Shown: positions 49,973-59,894 of the stretch, one piece after another
How positions within the stretch are numbered: the first letter of the stretch is position 1
Layout of the letters: the number at the start of each line of letters is the position of its first letter
NCBI GenBank assembly: GCA_965237955.1
Contig: OZ250169.1
Span: 2,688,001-2,752,000, forward strand
Source of the DNA: Candidatus Marinacidobacterales bacterium
Lineage (GTDB): Bacteria > Acidobacteriota > Vicinamibacteria > Marinacidobacterales > SMYC01
Length of the DNA stretch: 64,000 nt
Direction: 5' to 3'
Translations under genes and position numbers: made by a program
Notes under the pieces: generated by a model
What the model saw: the letters and a program-made list of their open reading frames with translations, nothing else
Told to the model about the DNA's origin: nothing
Database searches by the model: none

Positions 49973-50935
49973 TCAAACTAACTCCTCCAATTCCACCGTC
50001 GCCGTTCCCAATTTCCCCACAACCACTCCCGCCGCTCGATTCGCTAGCTCGGAAGCGTCGGGGAGGCTCGCGCCGGCTGCCAGCGCCACCGCCGCCGCAG
50101 CGATCACGGTGTCGCCAGCGCCCGACACGTCGAAGACTTCGCGCGCGAAGGTGGGAATGTGGTGCGGTGATTGGCCGGTTTCGAAAAGTGTCATGCCTTG
50201 TTCGCCACGGGTGATGAGAACAGCGGTGCAGCCGAGCTCGTCCAGGATCGACCTGGCGGTTTGGGCTATATCGTCATCGGTTGAAACGGCCATCCCCGCG
50301 AAGCGCGCGGCTTCGCTGAGATTGGGTGTTACCAGGGTGACGCCTTGGTAGAGCCGGTACCGGCGCAGTTTTGGATCGACGAGAATGGGGATCGCGCGCT
50401 CCTTCGCGAGCTCGATAGCGCGCTCGATGACGCGCGGCGTAAGCGTTCCTTTCGCGTAGTCGGATAGAACGACGGCGCGTGCTCGGCCGACGATGTCGGC
50501 GAGAGCGTCGAGGGCGCGCGCCTCGACGTCGCCGTTCAAGTCGGTCACCGACTCCCAGTCGGCACGGACGACTTGCTGGCTTCCCGCGATGATGCGCGTT
50601 TTCACCGTCGTCCGGCGAGCTCTGTCGTCGAGCACCGCGTCATCGGAGAGGCCGCGGTCGCGAAGAGCTTGGCGTAGCTGGCTCGAAGCGTCGTCGTCGC
50701 CGACGACGCCGAGAAGAAGCGGAGTCACGCCGAGACTTTCGAGGTTGCGCGCGACGTTGGCGGCGCCGCCGAGGTGAAAGCTCTCGCGCTCGATCTCGAC
50801 AATGGGTACTGGCGCTTCCGGCGAAATCCTCGAGACGTTCCCCCAAACGAACCGGTCCAGCATCAGATCTCCGACGACGGCGATCGCCTCGCCTTTGATG
50901 CGCTTGACGCGCTTGAGAAGATCCACCGGACTCAT
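49973..50935 (-). CDS. rfaE1: D-glycero-beta-D-manno-heptose-7-phosphate kinase
   Basis: GDLMLD, RISPEAPVP, GGAANVA, SDYAKG, DVSGAGDT, VVGKLGTA. Confidence 0.95.
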   Translation of the reverse strand: MSPVDLLKRVKRIKGEAIAVVGDLMLDRFVWGNVSRISPEAPVPIVEIERESFHLGGAANVARNLESLGVTPLLLGVVGDDDASSQLRQALRDRGLSDDAVLDDRARRTTVKTRIIAGSQQVVRADWESVTDLNGDVEARALDALADIVGRARAVVLSDYAKGTLTPRVIERAIELAKERAIPILVDPKLRRYRLYQGVTLVTPNLSEAARFAGMAVSTDDDIAQTARSILDELGCTAVLITRGEQGMTLFETGQSPHHIPTFAREVFDVSGAGDTVIAAAAVALAAGASLPDASELANRAAGVVVGKLGTATVELEELV

Positions 50936-52140
50936 GTGCTGGCCTCGGCGTCGTCGTCGACGACGCGATCGAGGATCCATGGAATCGTCATCGCGAACAG
51001 AAACAACATTTGGAACTCCGAATCCCCGAAGTTGTACTCGAACGCTCCGGCGAGGAAACCGGCGAGGAGCACTCCGAGCGATCCGGCAGCGAGGGCTCGG
51101 CCTCGAGAGTCGTTGACGGCGCGTCGGAACGCGCGGCCACTGGTGATGAAGGCGACTCCGAGAATCCACAACCACGCCGCCAGGCAAGGGAGCCCGCGCT
51201 CGGCAGCGATCTGCATCACATTGTTGTGAAGGTGCGGGTTGTCGCGGTGGGGTGCGTCCCGCGCTACGTAAATAGGGTAGACCTCGGCGACCATGTTTGG
51301 TCCCACGCCGAGCCACGGATGATTCACCACCATCCTCATTCCCGCCTGCAGCATGTACACGCGGTCGAACCCGGACGTGTCCGGCGTCAGAAACGATCCG
51401 AGGCGACGCTCGACATCATGCGGGAGCACCAACGTTACCGCCACCGCTATGATAGGCACGAGGAGTAGCAGCCGCTTGTCACGGAGAAATGCGAGCGTGA
51501 CCGCTCCGACAGCCATTCCGATCCAGGCGTTCCGTGTCAGCGACAATAACAGCGCAAGGCTGATCACAGCGAGGCTCGGGATGAGGAATCCGCGGTATCG
51601 GTCGCGAAACAAAAGCTCAGCGAAGGCGAGGATGCCGACCCCCATCAGCAACCCCGCGTAAGTCATGTAATGGCTCATGAAGCCACGGATGCGGTGATTG
51701 AGCTCGCCGAGCTCGCCGAATTGGTATTGCCACAAGCCTATTAGCGCGCCGATGTCCGCCATGACGATCAGGACGAGGACGAGGGTCTCGACACTGGAGC
51801 TCCGGCGCACGGTGCTCACCACCATGAACGGGACCACGAGGAGGAGCAGCTTCTTACTCGCCTGAAGGCTGAACACCGGATCGAACGAGAACAGCGCCGC
51901 CAACAAGCTCGAGCCGGCGTAGAGTGCGAACGCTCGATCCACCGGCAACGGGTAGACCGTGAGCGTTCCCTGTAAAACCCGGTACAGCCACACGCACACG
52001 AGGACGGCAAGAACGATCTGCGAAGCCGCGATCGAGACCTGGATCAGCGCCAGCCAGAATGCGATCCCGTAGACGAAGCGGGAATCTTGCTCCTCGGACA
52101 GAAACCAAGGGCGAGGCAGGGTGCTTGCGTCCGTACTCAT
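50932..52140 (-). CDS. O-antigen ligase family protein
   Basis: GFMSHYMT, TRNAWIG, HPWLGVG, HLHNN..QIAAERG, FEYNFGDSE. Confidence 0.88.
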   Translation of the reverse strand: MSTDASTLPRPWFLSEEQDSRFVYGIAFWLALIQVSIAASQIVLAVLVCVWLYRVLQGTLTVYPLPVDRAFALYAGSSLLAALFSFDPVFSLQASKKLLLLVVPFMVVSTVRRSSSVETLVLVLIVMADIGALIGLWQYQFGELGELNHRIRGFMSHYMTYAGLLMGVGILAFAELLFRDRYRGFLIPSLAVISLALLLSLTRNAWIGMAVGAVTLAFLRDKRLLLLVPIIAVAVTLVLPHDVERRLGSFLTPDTSGFDRVYMLQAGMRMVVNHPWLGVGPNMVAEVYPIYVARDAPHRDNPHLHNNVMQIAAERGLPCLAAWLWILGVAFITSGRAFRRAVNDSRGRALAAGSLGVLLAGFLAGAFEYNFGDSEFQMLFLFAMTIPWILDRVVDDDAEAST

Positions 52141-52156
52141 CTGAGGATGGATTTTA

Positions 52157-52352
52157 ATCCAGCCATCGGCCATCGGCCATCGGCCTGTTGAAACGATCCG
52201 CCATCAGCCGTCGGCCATCCGCCATCCGCCGCTGAAGGCCCCGCCTCCGAGCCCGGCGGCCTCGACTCGCAACACCGTCGCGACTCTCGAGCAATGACTT
52301 CCCGTAGACGCCGACCTGTTGATGGCTGATGGCTGATGGCCGATGGCCGACG
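52157..52352 (+). repeat. Heptamer-armed palindromic element with conserved core
   Basis: Arms end 52229 / begin 52318; 88-nt spacer; core CAACACCGTCGCGACTCTCGAGCA at 52270. Confidence 0.85.
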
Positions 52353-52399
52353 GCAGATCGTCTTCATTAACCCTGCGTTATAATAAATGCTAGAGATCC

Positions 52400-54343
52400 A
52401 TGAAGCATTCCGCTCTCGTCGTTCTTTTCGGGCTGTTTACGGCCGCGACTCTTGCAACGGCTCAGGAAGTCGGCTCGGCCACCGAGACCAAGGCGGAGGC
52501 CTACTACTATTTCTGCCTTGGGCAGTGGTACGGGAACGAGAGAAACAGGCAGATGAGCGTCGAGGACGCCATTGAGAACTACCACCGGGCCTCGGAGCTC
52601 GATCCTGAGGCCGGCTATCCTCACGTCGCCCTGGCCGAGCTCTACGATCGGCTGCGACAGACGGAGAGAGCACTTGAACGTGCGAAGCGAGCTGTCGAGC
52701 TCGATCCGAACATCGCCGCGGCACATCGTGTTCTCGGACGAACCTACTTTGCGATGCTTCGAAGCGGCGCGGCGGGAGAAGTCGAACAGCTCGCCGTGGA
52801 CGCGTTCAAAGAGACGGTTCGCCTCGACCCCGGCGATGTGGAGAGCCGCAGCAGTCTCGCCCGCCTGTTGATCGCGACCGCAAGAGCCGACGAGGCCACG
52901 GAACATCTCGAGGAGATCGTCCGCCTCGTGCCGACGGCGTACTCCGAGATGTACTTCCTCGCTCAAGTGCGGCGCGGTCAGGGCGACACCGAAGCGGCGA
53001 TACGTTTGTTGAAGCAGTCGCTTGCGGTCGAGCCGCGACAGGCCGCTGCGCGCGAAATGCTCATCGATCTCTTGCAGGCGGAGCAACGTTTCGGCGAAGT
53101 GGCAGAGGTCTACCAAGGCGCGGTCGACATCGTGCCTGGCGATCTCGATTCGCGGGTCCGTTTGGCCAACGCTCTTGCGAACGACGGTCAGCTCGAGGGT
53201 GCTGCGAGAGAGTTTCAAGTCATCCTCGACGAAGACCCTGAAAACGTTATTGCTCTGGTCGGCCTCGGCATGGTCCGTCGAGACCTCATGGAGTTGGCGG
53301 AAGCGGAAGAGCTCCTCGATCAGGCGCTGGCTCTGGCGCCCGAGCACGTTCTCGCGCGCTACACCCTCGCCGGTGTTCATGAGCAAAAACGCGCGTTCGA
53401 GCAGGCCGCGAGCGAATGGAAGAAGCTTCTCGATCTGCCCGATAACAGCCCCGAAGCGTCGAATCGCAAGGCCGAGTACTGGGCGCATTTGGGATTTGCC
53501 CATGAGCAGCTCGGCGGTCACGACGAATCGGTCGAAGCGTTCCGGCAAGCCCGCGAGCTTTCGGGCGGTGACGAGCAGTTCGAGACCTTCTACATTCAAG
53601 GCCTCATTGCCGCTGACCGGCCGGACGAGGCCATCCGGGCGATCGATGACGCCCTCGAGGAAAACCCCGAGAGCGACCGGTTCAAAGTCTTGAAAGCCCG
53701 CGCCCTCGACTCTCGGGGCGATCACGACGAGGCCGTCGAGCTGGTTTTGGAGCTTTCCCGGCAATCGCCCGACGACGAGATGTTCGCGCAAGGTGTCATC
53801 GAGATTTACCAGGAGCAGAAGCGCTACGCCGACGCCGAAGCCTTCCTCCGCGGGCGTCTCAACCGTAGTGCCGACAGTGTCGCGTTCATGTTTCAGCTTG
53901 CTGCCGTGCTCGAACGTCAAAAGAAGTTCACCGAAGCGGAAGCTCTGTTCGAGAAGATCCTCGAGAAGGAGCCGGACAGCGCTGCGGCGCTCAACTACCT
54001 CGGTTACATGCTCGCCGACCAAGACCGCCGTTTGGAAGAGTCCCTCGAGCTGATTCAACGCGCCCTCGCTCAGGATCCTTACAACGGCGCCTACCTCGAT
54101 AGCTTGGGTTGGGTCTACTTCAAGATGGGCAAGCTCGATCTTGCCGAGGATAGCTTGCTCAAGGCCATCGGCAGTCTTCGCTTGACGGGCGTGGTCTACG
54201 ACCATCTGGGCGATCTGTACTTTCGAAAAGGCGATCGGGAACAGGCGGTCGAGTTTTGGAAAAAGGCTCTCGATCAGGACGACGACGAGCTGGAAAAAAA
54301 CGAGGTCGCCCAGAAGATCGAACGGGCCACAACGACTCCGTGA
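52400..54343 (+). CDS. Exported tetratricopeptide-repeat protein
   Basis: Signal peptide; many TPRs; ALNYLGYMLAD, AYLDSLGWVYF, DHLGD. Confidence 0.92.
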   Translation: MKHSALVVLFGLFTAATLATAQEVGSATETKAEAYYYFCLGQWYGNERNRQMSVEDAIENYHRASELDPEAGYPHVALAELYDRLRQTERALERAKRAVELDPNIAAAHRVLGRTYFAMLRSGAAGEVEQLAVDAFKETVRLDPGDVESRSSLARLLIATARADEATEHLEEIVRLVPTAYSEMYFLAQVRRGQGDTEAAIRLLKQSLAVEPRQAAAREMLIDLLQAEQRFGEVAEVYQGAVDIVPGDLDSRVRLANALANDGQLEGAAREFQVILDEDPENVIALVGLGMVRRDLMELAEAEELLDQALALAPEHVLARYTLAGVHEQKRAFEQAASEWKKLLDLPDNSPEASNRKAEYWAHLGFAHEQLGGHDESVEAFRQARELSGGDEQFETFYIQGLIAADRPDEAIRAIDDALEENPESDRFKVLKARALDSRGDHDEAVELVLELSRQSPDDEMFAQGVIEIYQEQKRYADAEAFLRGRLNRSADSVAFMFQLAAVLERQKKFTEAEALFEKILEKEPDSAAALNYLGYMLADQDRRLEESLELIQRALAQDPYNGAYLDSLGWVYFKMGKLDLAEDSLLKAIGSLRLTGVVYDHLGDLYFRKGDREQAVEFWKKALDQDDDELEKNEVAQKIERATTTP

Positions 54344-55137
54344 TCGCGCGACGGCTAGCTCTCGTCGTCGCCGCCGTTTCTTACTTGTCGCTCGGGAGTT
54401 GCAAGCGAAACGTCCGCGACTTGCCTCCTCCCATCCCGGTGGAAATAGACGCGGTTCGCGCGAGCCTCGAAGCGCTCGCTGCCGAAGGCGCCGCCGTTCG
54501 ACGTTATCAGGGCTTCGTCCGCATTCGTGGCAGGGGACCCGACGGCGGCTTTAGTGGCAGGCTCGTCGTCGTGTTCGAGCGTCCCGAACATCTACGGGTG
54601 GACCTTTTGGGCGCGTTCGGTTCGACGCGGTGGAGTGCTGTCGCAACCGACGCGGGGATTACCGTCGTGTTTCCTGGCCCGCGACAATACGTCGAGGAAG
54701 ACGACACCGCCGACATCGTCGGGCGTCTCCTCGGAGTCCGTCTCAGCGCGCGCGAAATGATGGCACTGCTCGCCGGAGTGGGTACTCCCCTCGACGGGGA
54801 GCCGGTTATGGGCTTCCGGCAAGGGGCGATGACCGTGGTCTCGTTGAGCGATGGCGAGCGGGTCGAGCTCTCTGAAGATGGACAGATCGCGAGCGTACAG
54901 ACGGCGCGCTACCGCGTCGCCTATCCGTCTCCGTGGAAGCGCCGGCGCCGACACGTTCCCGATACGATTCGCCTCGAGACGGACACGCTCACGGCGACGC
55001 TCACGCCCGAAGACGTGGACATCAACATCCGACTCGATCCCGAAGCGTTCGTGGTCGAGATTCCTCTCGGTGCCGAGCGCCTGCGCCCATCGGACATCTC
55101 CGGCGAAGCGGTGTTCGTCGTGACCCCTAAGCCGTGA
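54340..55137 (+). CDS. Putative lipoprotein, LolB/DUF4292-like
   Basis: Lipobox LGSC; RPEHLRVDLLGAFG; occupies the lolB position between the TPR gene and ispE. Confidence 0.6.
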   Translation: MIARRLALVVAAVSYLSLGSCKRNVRDLPPPIPVEIDAVRASLEALAAEGAAVRRYQGFVRIRGRGPDGGFSGRLVVVFERPEHLRVDLLGAFGSTRWSAVATDAGITVVFPGPRQYVEEDDTADIVGRLLGVRLSAREMMALLAGVGTPLDGEPVMGFRQGAMTVVSLSDGERVELSEDGQIASVQTARYRVAYPSPWKRRRRHVPDTIRLETDTLTATLTPEDVDINIRLDPEAFVVEIPLGAERLRPSDISGEAVFVVTPKP

Positions 55138-56069
55138 AAAGCCCCACGATGAAGGCAAAAACGCAACTCGTCGCGCGCGCGTTCGCCAAGGTCAACCTCG
55201 GCCTCGAGGTCTTGGGAAAGCGAGACGACGGCTATCATGAGCTGCGTACGATTCTCCAGACGGTGGACCTCCACGATGAGCTGAGCTTTTGCCGTGAAAA
55301 CGAAGGCATCTCGCTCACCACGAACGACCCCGACATCGGGACGGGCCCGGAAAACCTGGTGTACCGTGCGGCGTCGCTTCTCGCTGCAAGCGCATCGTCA
55401 TCGGGACTCGGCGTGTCGATTCACCTCGAAAAAAACGTACCTCCCGGGCTGGGCCTCGGGGGCGGAAGCGCCGACGCGGCGGTCACGCTCTTGGCACTCG
55501 ATGAGTTGTGGGATTTGCACACGCCGGCACCGGACCTTCACCAGCTCGCCGCTTCGATCGGCATGGACGTGCCCTTTTTTCTCTATGGTGGGACCGCCCT
55601 CGTAGTAGGTCGTGGGGACGAGGTCTATCCCCTCGCGGTCGACGTCGACTGGCCAATCGTGTTGATTCTTCCGGACTTCTCCATATCGACCGCGTCGGCG
55701 TACGCCAGTTTGAGATTGACAAAGCGCCGATCGGGTTTTACACTCCAGCATTTCGTGTGGAGAAGTCCCTGCGTCCGGGACAGACTGGGCGAGCTGGTGA
55801 ATCATCTTGAGGGGGCGACGGGCTCACATACCGCGCAAATCCAGGAGTACAAGCAAGTACTTCTCGATCGAGGGGCGCTAGCCACGATGATGTCCGGCAG
55901 CGGGTCTGCTGTCTTCGGAGTCTTTCAGGACGAGCATTCGGCGCAATCGGTAGCGAACGCGTTGACTCGGGAAGGTCTCGAAGCCGTTGCGACCAGCACG
56001 CTGACTCGGCAAGCCTATCGGAAGAAGAGGCTTTCGGTTGGACCAGATGGACCAGATGGAGATGAGTAG
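55134..56069 (+). CDS. ispE: 4-diphosphocytidyl-2-C-methyl-D-erythritol kinase
   Basis: AKVNLGL, RDDGYHEL, GLGGGSADAA, GMDVPFF, MSGSGS. Confidence 0.95.
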   Translation: MKSPTMKAKTQLVARAFAKVNLGLEVLGKRDDGYHELRTILQTVDLHDELSFCRENEGISLTTNDPDIGTGPENLVYRAASLLAASASSSGLGVSIHLEKNVPPGLGLGGGSADAAVTLLALDELWDLHTPAPDLHQLAASIGMDVPFFLYGGTALVVGRGDEVYPLAVDVDWPIVLILPDFSISTASAYASLRLTKRRSGFTLQHFVWRSPCVRDRLGELVNHLEGATGSHTAQIQEYKQVLLDRGALATMMSGSGSAVFGVFQDEHSAQSVANALTREGLEAVATSTLTRQAYRKKRLSVGPDGPDGDE

Positions 56070-56087
56070 CTCGAGAAGGAGAGCTCG

Positions 56088-56429
56088 ATGGATATCACCG
56101 AAGTGCGAGTTTTTCCCGTCGACGACGAGAAGTTGAAGGCCTTCGTCTCCATCATCCTGGACGACTGCTTTGTAATCAGCGACATCAAGATTATCCATGG
56201 GCCCAAAGGGCTGTTCGTTTCGATGCCGAGCAAGAAGCGCAAGGACGGCACGTTCCGCGATATCGCCCATCCTCTGGACAGCGATACCCGGCGACGGATG
56301 GAGGATCAAATTCTCACCCGCTATCGCACCGAAGTCTCGGACGGTAAGGAGATCGAATCCCGGGTCTTGTCGGAGGGAGCGGTTGCGCCCGAGGCCCCGC
56401 CACCGGCAGGTCCCAGCGGAGAGATCTAG
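56088..56429 (+). CDS. spoVG: SpoVG family nucleic-acid-binding protein
   Basis: [31 protein letters not shown]. Confidence 0.94.
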   Translation: MDITEVRVFPVDDEKLKAFVSIILDDCFVISDIKIIHGPKGLFVSMPSKKRKDGTFRDIAHPLDSDTRRRMEDQILTRYRTEVSDGKEIESRVLSEGAVAPEAPPPAGPSGEI

Positions 56430-56487
56430 CGGGCTCGCGCTAGCCTGACCGAGATGGGTATCGGCATCCAGGATCGTTTACTCGTGT

Positions 56488-56562
56488 TGGGGCGTGGCCA
56501 AGCGGTAAGGCGCCGGACTTTGGATCCGGTATTCGAAGGTTCGAATCCTTCCGCCCCAGCCA
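56488..56562 (+). tRNA. tRNA-Gln (anticodon TTG)
   Basis: TGGGGCG acceptor / CGCCCCA-G-CCA; anticodon arm CCGGA-CT-TTG-GA-TCCGG; T-loop GGTTCGAATCC. Confidence 0.97.
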
Positions 56563-56647
56563 TTGTGAACAGGTCCCGCAGTAAAAGGAAAACCGGTTTC
56601 CGGCGTGCGCGTAGTGTGCACTCGGTACGGGAGGACGCGAAGACAAT

Positions 56648-57589
56648 ATGGCTAGACCACTCAAACTGTTCGGTGGGAGCTGCAACCCTACGCTGACGGA
56701 AGAAATCGCGAAGAGTCTGGGCGTGCCGCTAGGGGAAGCGCAGCTGGGGCGTTTCGCCGATAGCGAAGTCGATTTCCAAATTACCGAGAACGTACGGGGC
56801 GCCGACGTCTTCGTCGTGCAGCCTACGGCGCCGCCGGTGAACGAGCATCTGGTCGAAATGCTCGTGATGATCGATGCGTTCAAGCGCGCGTCCGCCAGCA
56901 GGATTACTGCCGTCCTTCCTTACTACGGCTATGCACGCCAAGACCGTAAAGACCGCCCCAGGGTGCCGATCTCGGCGAAGCTCGTTGCGGATCTGTTGTC
57001 CAAAGCGGGCACCAACCGAGTCATCACCATGGACCTCCACGTGGGCCAGATCCAGGGATTTTTCGACATTCCGGTGGACCATCTTTTCGCCGCGCCGGTG
57101 ATACTGGACCACGTCTCGTCGATGAACCTCGCGCCGCTCGTCATCGTGTCTCCCGACGCGGGTGGCGTCGAGCGCGCGCGTGCGTACGCCAAACGGCTGA
57201 AGGTTGCGCTCGCAGTCATGGACAAACGACGTGGCGAGAATCACGAGATCGAGACGATTCACGTCATCGGTGAGGTGGCCGGCAAGACCACGCTCATCGT
57301 AGACGATATGGTTGATTCGGCTGGAACGCTCTTCAGGGCGGTGGACGCCCTTCTCGACGCGAAGGCGAAGCGGGTATTGGCGGCCTGCACCCACCCGGTG
57401 TTGTCGCCCCCCGCGATCGAGCGCATCAACGGCTCACCGATCGAAAAGGTCATCGTGTCGAACACCATCCCGCTACGCCCCGAAGCCGCGTCGTGCGACA
57501 AGATCGAAGTCCTGTCGGTAGCGAAAATCCTCGGCCAGGCAATCCAGAGCGTCCACGATGAGACGTCGGTGAGTAGTTTGTTTGTTTGA
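56648..57589 (+). CDS. prs: Ribose-phosphate pyrophosphokinase
   Basis: ENVRGADVF, PYYGYARQDRK, QIQGFFD, VSPDAGGVERA, VDDMVDSAGT. Confidence 0.98.
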   Translation: MARPLKLFGGSCNPTLTEEIAKSLGVPLGEAQLGRFADSEVDFQITENVRGADVFVVQPTAPPVNEHLVEMLVMIDAFKRASASRITAVLPYYGYARQDRKDRPRVPISAKLVADLLSKAGTNRVITMDLHVGQIQGFFDIPVDHLFAAPVILDHVSSMNLAPLVIVSPDAGGVERARAYAKRLKVALAVMDKRRGENHEIETIHVIGEVAGKTTLIVDDMVDSAGTLFRAVDALLDAKAKRVLAACTHPVLSPPAIERINGSPIEKVIVSNTIPLRPEAASCDKIEVLSVAKILGQAIQSVHDETSVSSLFV

Positions 57590-57590
57590 A

Positions 57591-57738
57591 CCGGCCATCA
57601 GCCATCCGCCATCCGCCGTTGAACGCCCCGCCTCCGACCGTGGCGGCCTCGACTCGCAACGCTGTCGCTGCTCTCGAGCAAGTGAATATCTGTTTATGCC
57701 GACCTGCTGACGGCCGATGGCTGGCGGCTGGTGGCTGA
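57591..57738 (+). repeat. Heptamer-armed palindromic element with conserved core
   Basis: Arms end 57616 / begin 57706; 89-nt spacer; core CAACGCTGTCGCTGCTCTCGAGCA at 57657. Confidence 0.85.
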
Positions 57739-57793
57739 ACTGAGCTATACTCTCCGTTTGTCCCTAGCGGACGTCTAGAAAGGAAACCGTTCG

Positions 57794-58513
57794 ATGGCAT
57801 CCATGGTTGTGGAAGCGGAGCCGCGGTCGAGCTTCGGTAAAGGGCCGAACCGACGCCTTCGCGCCTCCGGCAAAGTTCCCGCGATCCTTTACGGTTCTGC
57901 AAAAGAGCCCGTGGCGCTCGCCGTGGACCCCGAGCAAGTCGTGAACATCATCCGCTCGCACGGTGGTGTCAATACGATCTTCGAGCTCACCATCAAAGGG
58001 GTCAAAGGGGCCAAGGGTTCCGAGAACGTCATGATCAGGGACTATCAGCTCGAGCCGGTGAACCATGACTTGCTCCACGCCGACCTGATCCGGGTCGCCA
58101 TGGACAAGGGAATGACTCTATCCGTGGCCATCGAGCTCACCGGTACCGCCGAGGGCGTCAAGACCGGTGGGGGGATGCTCGATTTCGTGACGCGGGCCGT
58201 GGATGTGTCGTGTCTCCCCAAGGACATCCCGGAAACGATCGTGGCCGACGTGACGGAATTGGATATCGGGGACTACATCAGGGTCTCGGACCTCGAGGTG
58301 CCCGAAGGAGTTACAGTTATCTCCGAGGGTAATGTGGTTCTCGCGCACGTCCTCGCACCGAAGGCGGAGGAAGTCGAACAGCCGACCGAGGAGGAGGTTG
58401 CGGCTGCAGTTGCTGCTGGCGAAAGCCCGGAGGGTGGCGACGCTACCGCCGGTGGAGAAAGCGCTGACGCGAGCAAGACCGAGGACTCCGAAGGAGGCCC
58501 GGCGAAAGGGTAA
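57794..58513 (+). CDS. rplY: 50S ribosomal protein L25 (long Ctc form)
   Basis: GKGPNRRLR, VPAILYG, LLHADL, GVKTGG. Confidence 0.96.
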   Translation: MASMVVEAEPRSSFGKGPNRRLRASGKVPAILYGSAKEPVALAVDPEQVVNIIRSHGGVNTIFELTIKGVKGAKGSENVMIRDYQLEPVNHDLLHADLIRVAMDKGMTLSVAIELTGTAEGVKTGGGMLDFVTRAVDVSCLPKDIPETIVADVTELDIGDYIRVSDLEVPEGVTVISEGNVVLAHVLAPKAEEVEQPTEEEVAAAVAAGESPEGGDATAGGESADASKTEDSEGGPAKG

Positions 58514-58537
58514 CGCCTGGTTGAGCACGCCGCGACG

Positions 58538-59119
58538 TTGCGACTTCTAATAGGTCTGGGAAACCCCGGTCTGCGATACCGGGCAACGCGCCACAACGTC
58601 GGCTTCGATGCTCTGGATCGGATATTGAAGGTGAGTGGAGGCCGTTGGAACGCGTCCACGGGCGAGGCAGTTTCGGCTGAGATTGACCTTGACGGACAAG
58701 CGCTGACGTTATTGAAACCGTTGACATTTATGAATCTGAGTGGACGAGCCGTGGCCGATGCTTGCGAGGCGTCCTCGCTTCGACGGCGCGATGTCCTGGT
58801 GTTCTTGGATGACGTGGCACTTCCGGTCGGCACGTTACGATTGCGGGAGCGCGGAAGCGACGGGGGGCATAACGGTCTGGCCTCGGTCATCGATTGTCTC
58901 GGCGGAAACGACGTCCCGCGACTCAGGATCGGCATTCGTCCCGACGAGCTTCGGGACGATCTTGCGGATTTCGTGCTCTCGGCCTTCGACGACGAAGAGC
59001 TCCCGGTGATCGATGCCGCGCTCGATGACGTCGTCGAGGCGACCTGGGCGGTTTTGGCAGACGGCATGGCGAAGGCCATGTCCCGCTTCAACCGGCCACT
59101 CGAGAGCGAGCGACATTAA
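58538..59119 (+). CDS. pth: Peptidyl-tRNA hydrolase
   Basis: GLGNPG, TRHNVGF, KPLTFMNLSG, GGHNGL. Confidence 0.96.
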   Translation: MRLLIGLGNPGLRYRATRHNVGFDALDRILKVSGGRWNASTGEAVSAEIDLDGQALTLLKPLTFMNLSGRAVADACEASSLRRRDVLVFLDDVALPVGTLRLRERGSDGGHNGLASVIDCLGGNDVPRLRIGIRPDELRDDLADFVLSAFDDEELPVIDAALDDVVEATWAVLADGMAKAMSRFNRPLESERH

Positions 59120-59129
59120 GGAGGAAGGC

Positions 59130-59609
59130 TTGCGTAGTTACGAGTTGATGTACATCCTCGATCCCAACCTCGACGAGGACGCTTCCGGCGCGCTCATGGG
59201 GAAGATCGAAGATCTGATGGCCAAGCAAGGGGTCGAAGTAGAAAAAACCGAGCCCTGGGGCAAGAGGCGGCTCGCCTACAGCATCAAGGGCCATAGGGAT
59301 GGCAACTACATCCTCAGCTACCTCAAGGCCGAGGCGACGGCGATCTCCGAAATGGAACGGCGTCTACGGGTCACCGACGGGATCCTGCGGTTCCTGACGG
59401 TGCGGATGGACGAGCAGCAAGCGAAGCTCGAGCGCCGCAACGTCCGGACTGCCGAGAAACGTCAGGCACGTCGGCAGCGTACAGCCGCGCGGAGAGCCTC
59501 GCAGCCGGAGGTCACGGCCGCTGGCCCGGCGGAGGTCAAGCCGGAGGTCACGGCCGCTAGCCCGGCGGAGGCGACCGCCGACAGTGACGATACCAACAAG
59601 GAGAGTTAG
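59130..59609 (+). CDS. rpsF: 30S ribosomal protein S6 with C-terminal extension
   Basis: TTG start after AAGGAGG; [25 protein letters not shown]. Confidence 0.95.
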   Translation: MRSYELMYILDPNLDEDASGALMGKIEDLMAKQGVEVEKTEPWGKRRLAYSIKGHRDGNYILSYLKAEATAISEMERRLRVTDGILRFLTVRMDEQQAKLERRNVRTAEKRQARRQRTAARRASQPEVTAAGPAEVKPEVTAASPAEATADSDDTNKES

Positions 59610-59614
59610 AGCTC

Positions 59615-59884
59615 ATGCAACAGAGACGATCGAGTGGAGGAGGCGGTGCCGGCGGACAGCGACGGGGCAAGCGGCGGTTCTATTACCGGCGCGCCAAAGT
59701 CAACCCGCTGTTGGACAAAGTCGACTACATCGACTGGAAGGATTTCCGGCTGCTTTCGAACTTCACCCCCGAACGCGCCAAGATCCTCCCGCGGCGGATC
59801 TCGAGAGCCGGTGCCCGCTCCCAGCGCATGTTGAAGACCGCGATCAAGCGTGCGCGGTACATGGCGCTCCTGCCGTACGCCTAG
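59615..59884 (+). CDS. rpsR: 30S ribosomal protein S18 (Cys-free form)
   Basis: [26 protein letters not shown]. Confidence 0.95.
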   Translation: MQQRRSSGGGGAGGQRRGKRRFYYRRAKVNPLLDKVDYIDWKDFRLLSNFTPERAKILPRRISRAGARSQRMLKTAIKRARYMALLPYA

Positions 59885-59894
59885 GAGGTGTTCG

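Noticed and set aside
52367-54205. Long antisense or alternative-frame ORFs (also 5444..6514, 8339..9511, 33151..34461, 34565..35908, 63246..63941)
   Set aside because: Shadow ORFs expected in high-GC DNA overlapping well-supported genes; no motifs.
43880-56065. Short in-frame tandem repeats (~43880 9-mer, ~46621 GAGACT, ~56041 GGACCAGAT) as phase-variation tracts
   Set aside because: Unit lengths are multiples of three with only 2-3 copies in linker or terminal regions, so there is no on/off effect.
56088-56429. spoVG as evidence of sporulation or horizontal transfer
   Set aside because: SpoVG is widespread in non-sporulating bacteria and commonly lies near ispE and prs.
40424-57738. CRISPR array
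   Set aside because: Repeats are tandem 7-mers in inverted arms, not 25-40-bp direct repeats with unique spacers; no cas genes.
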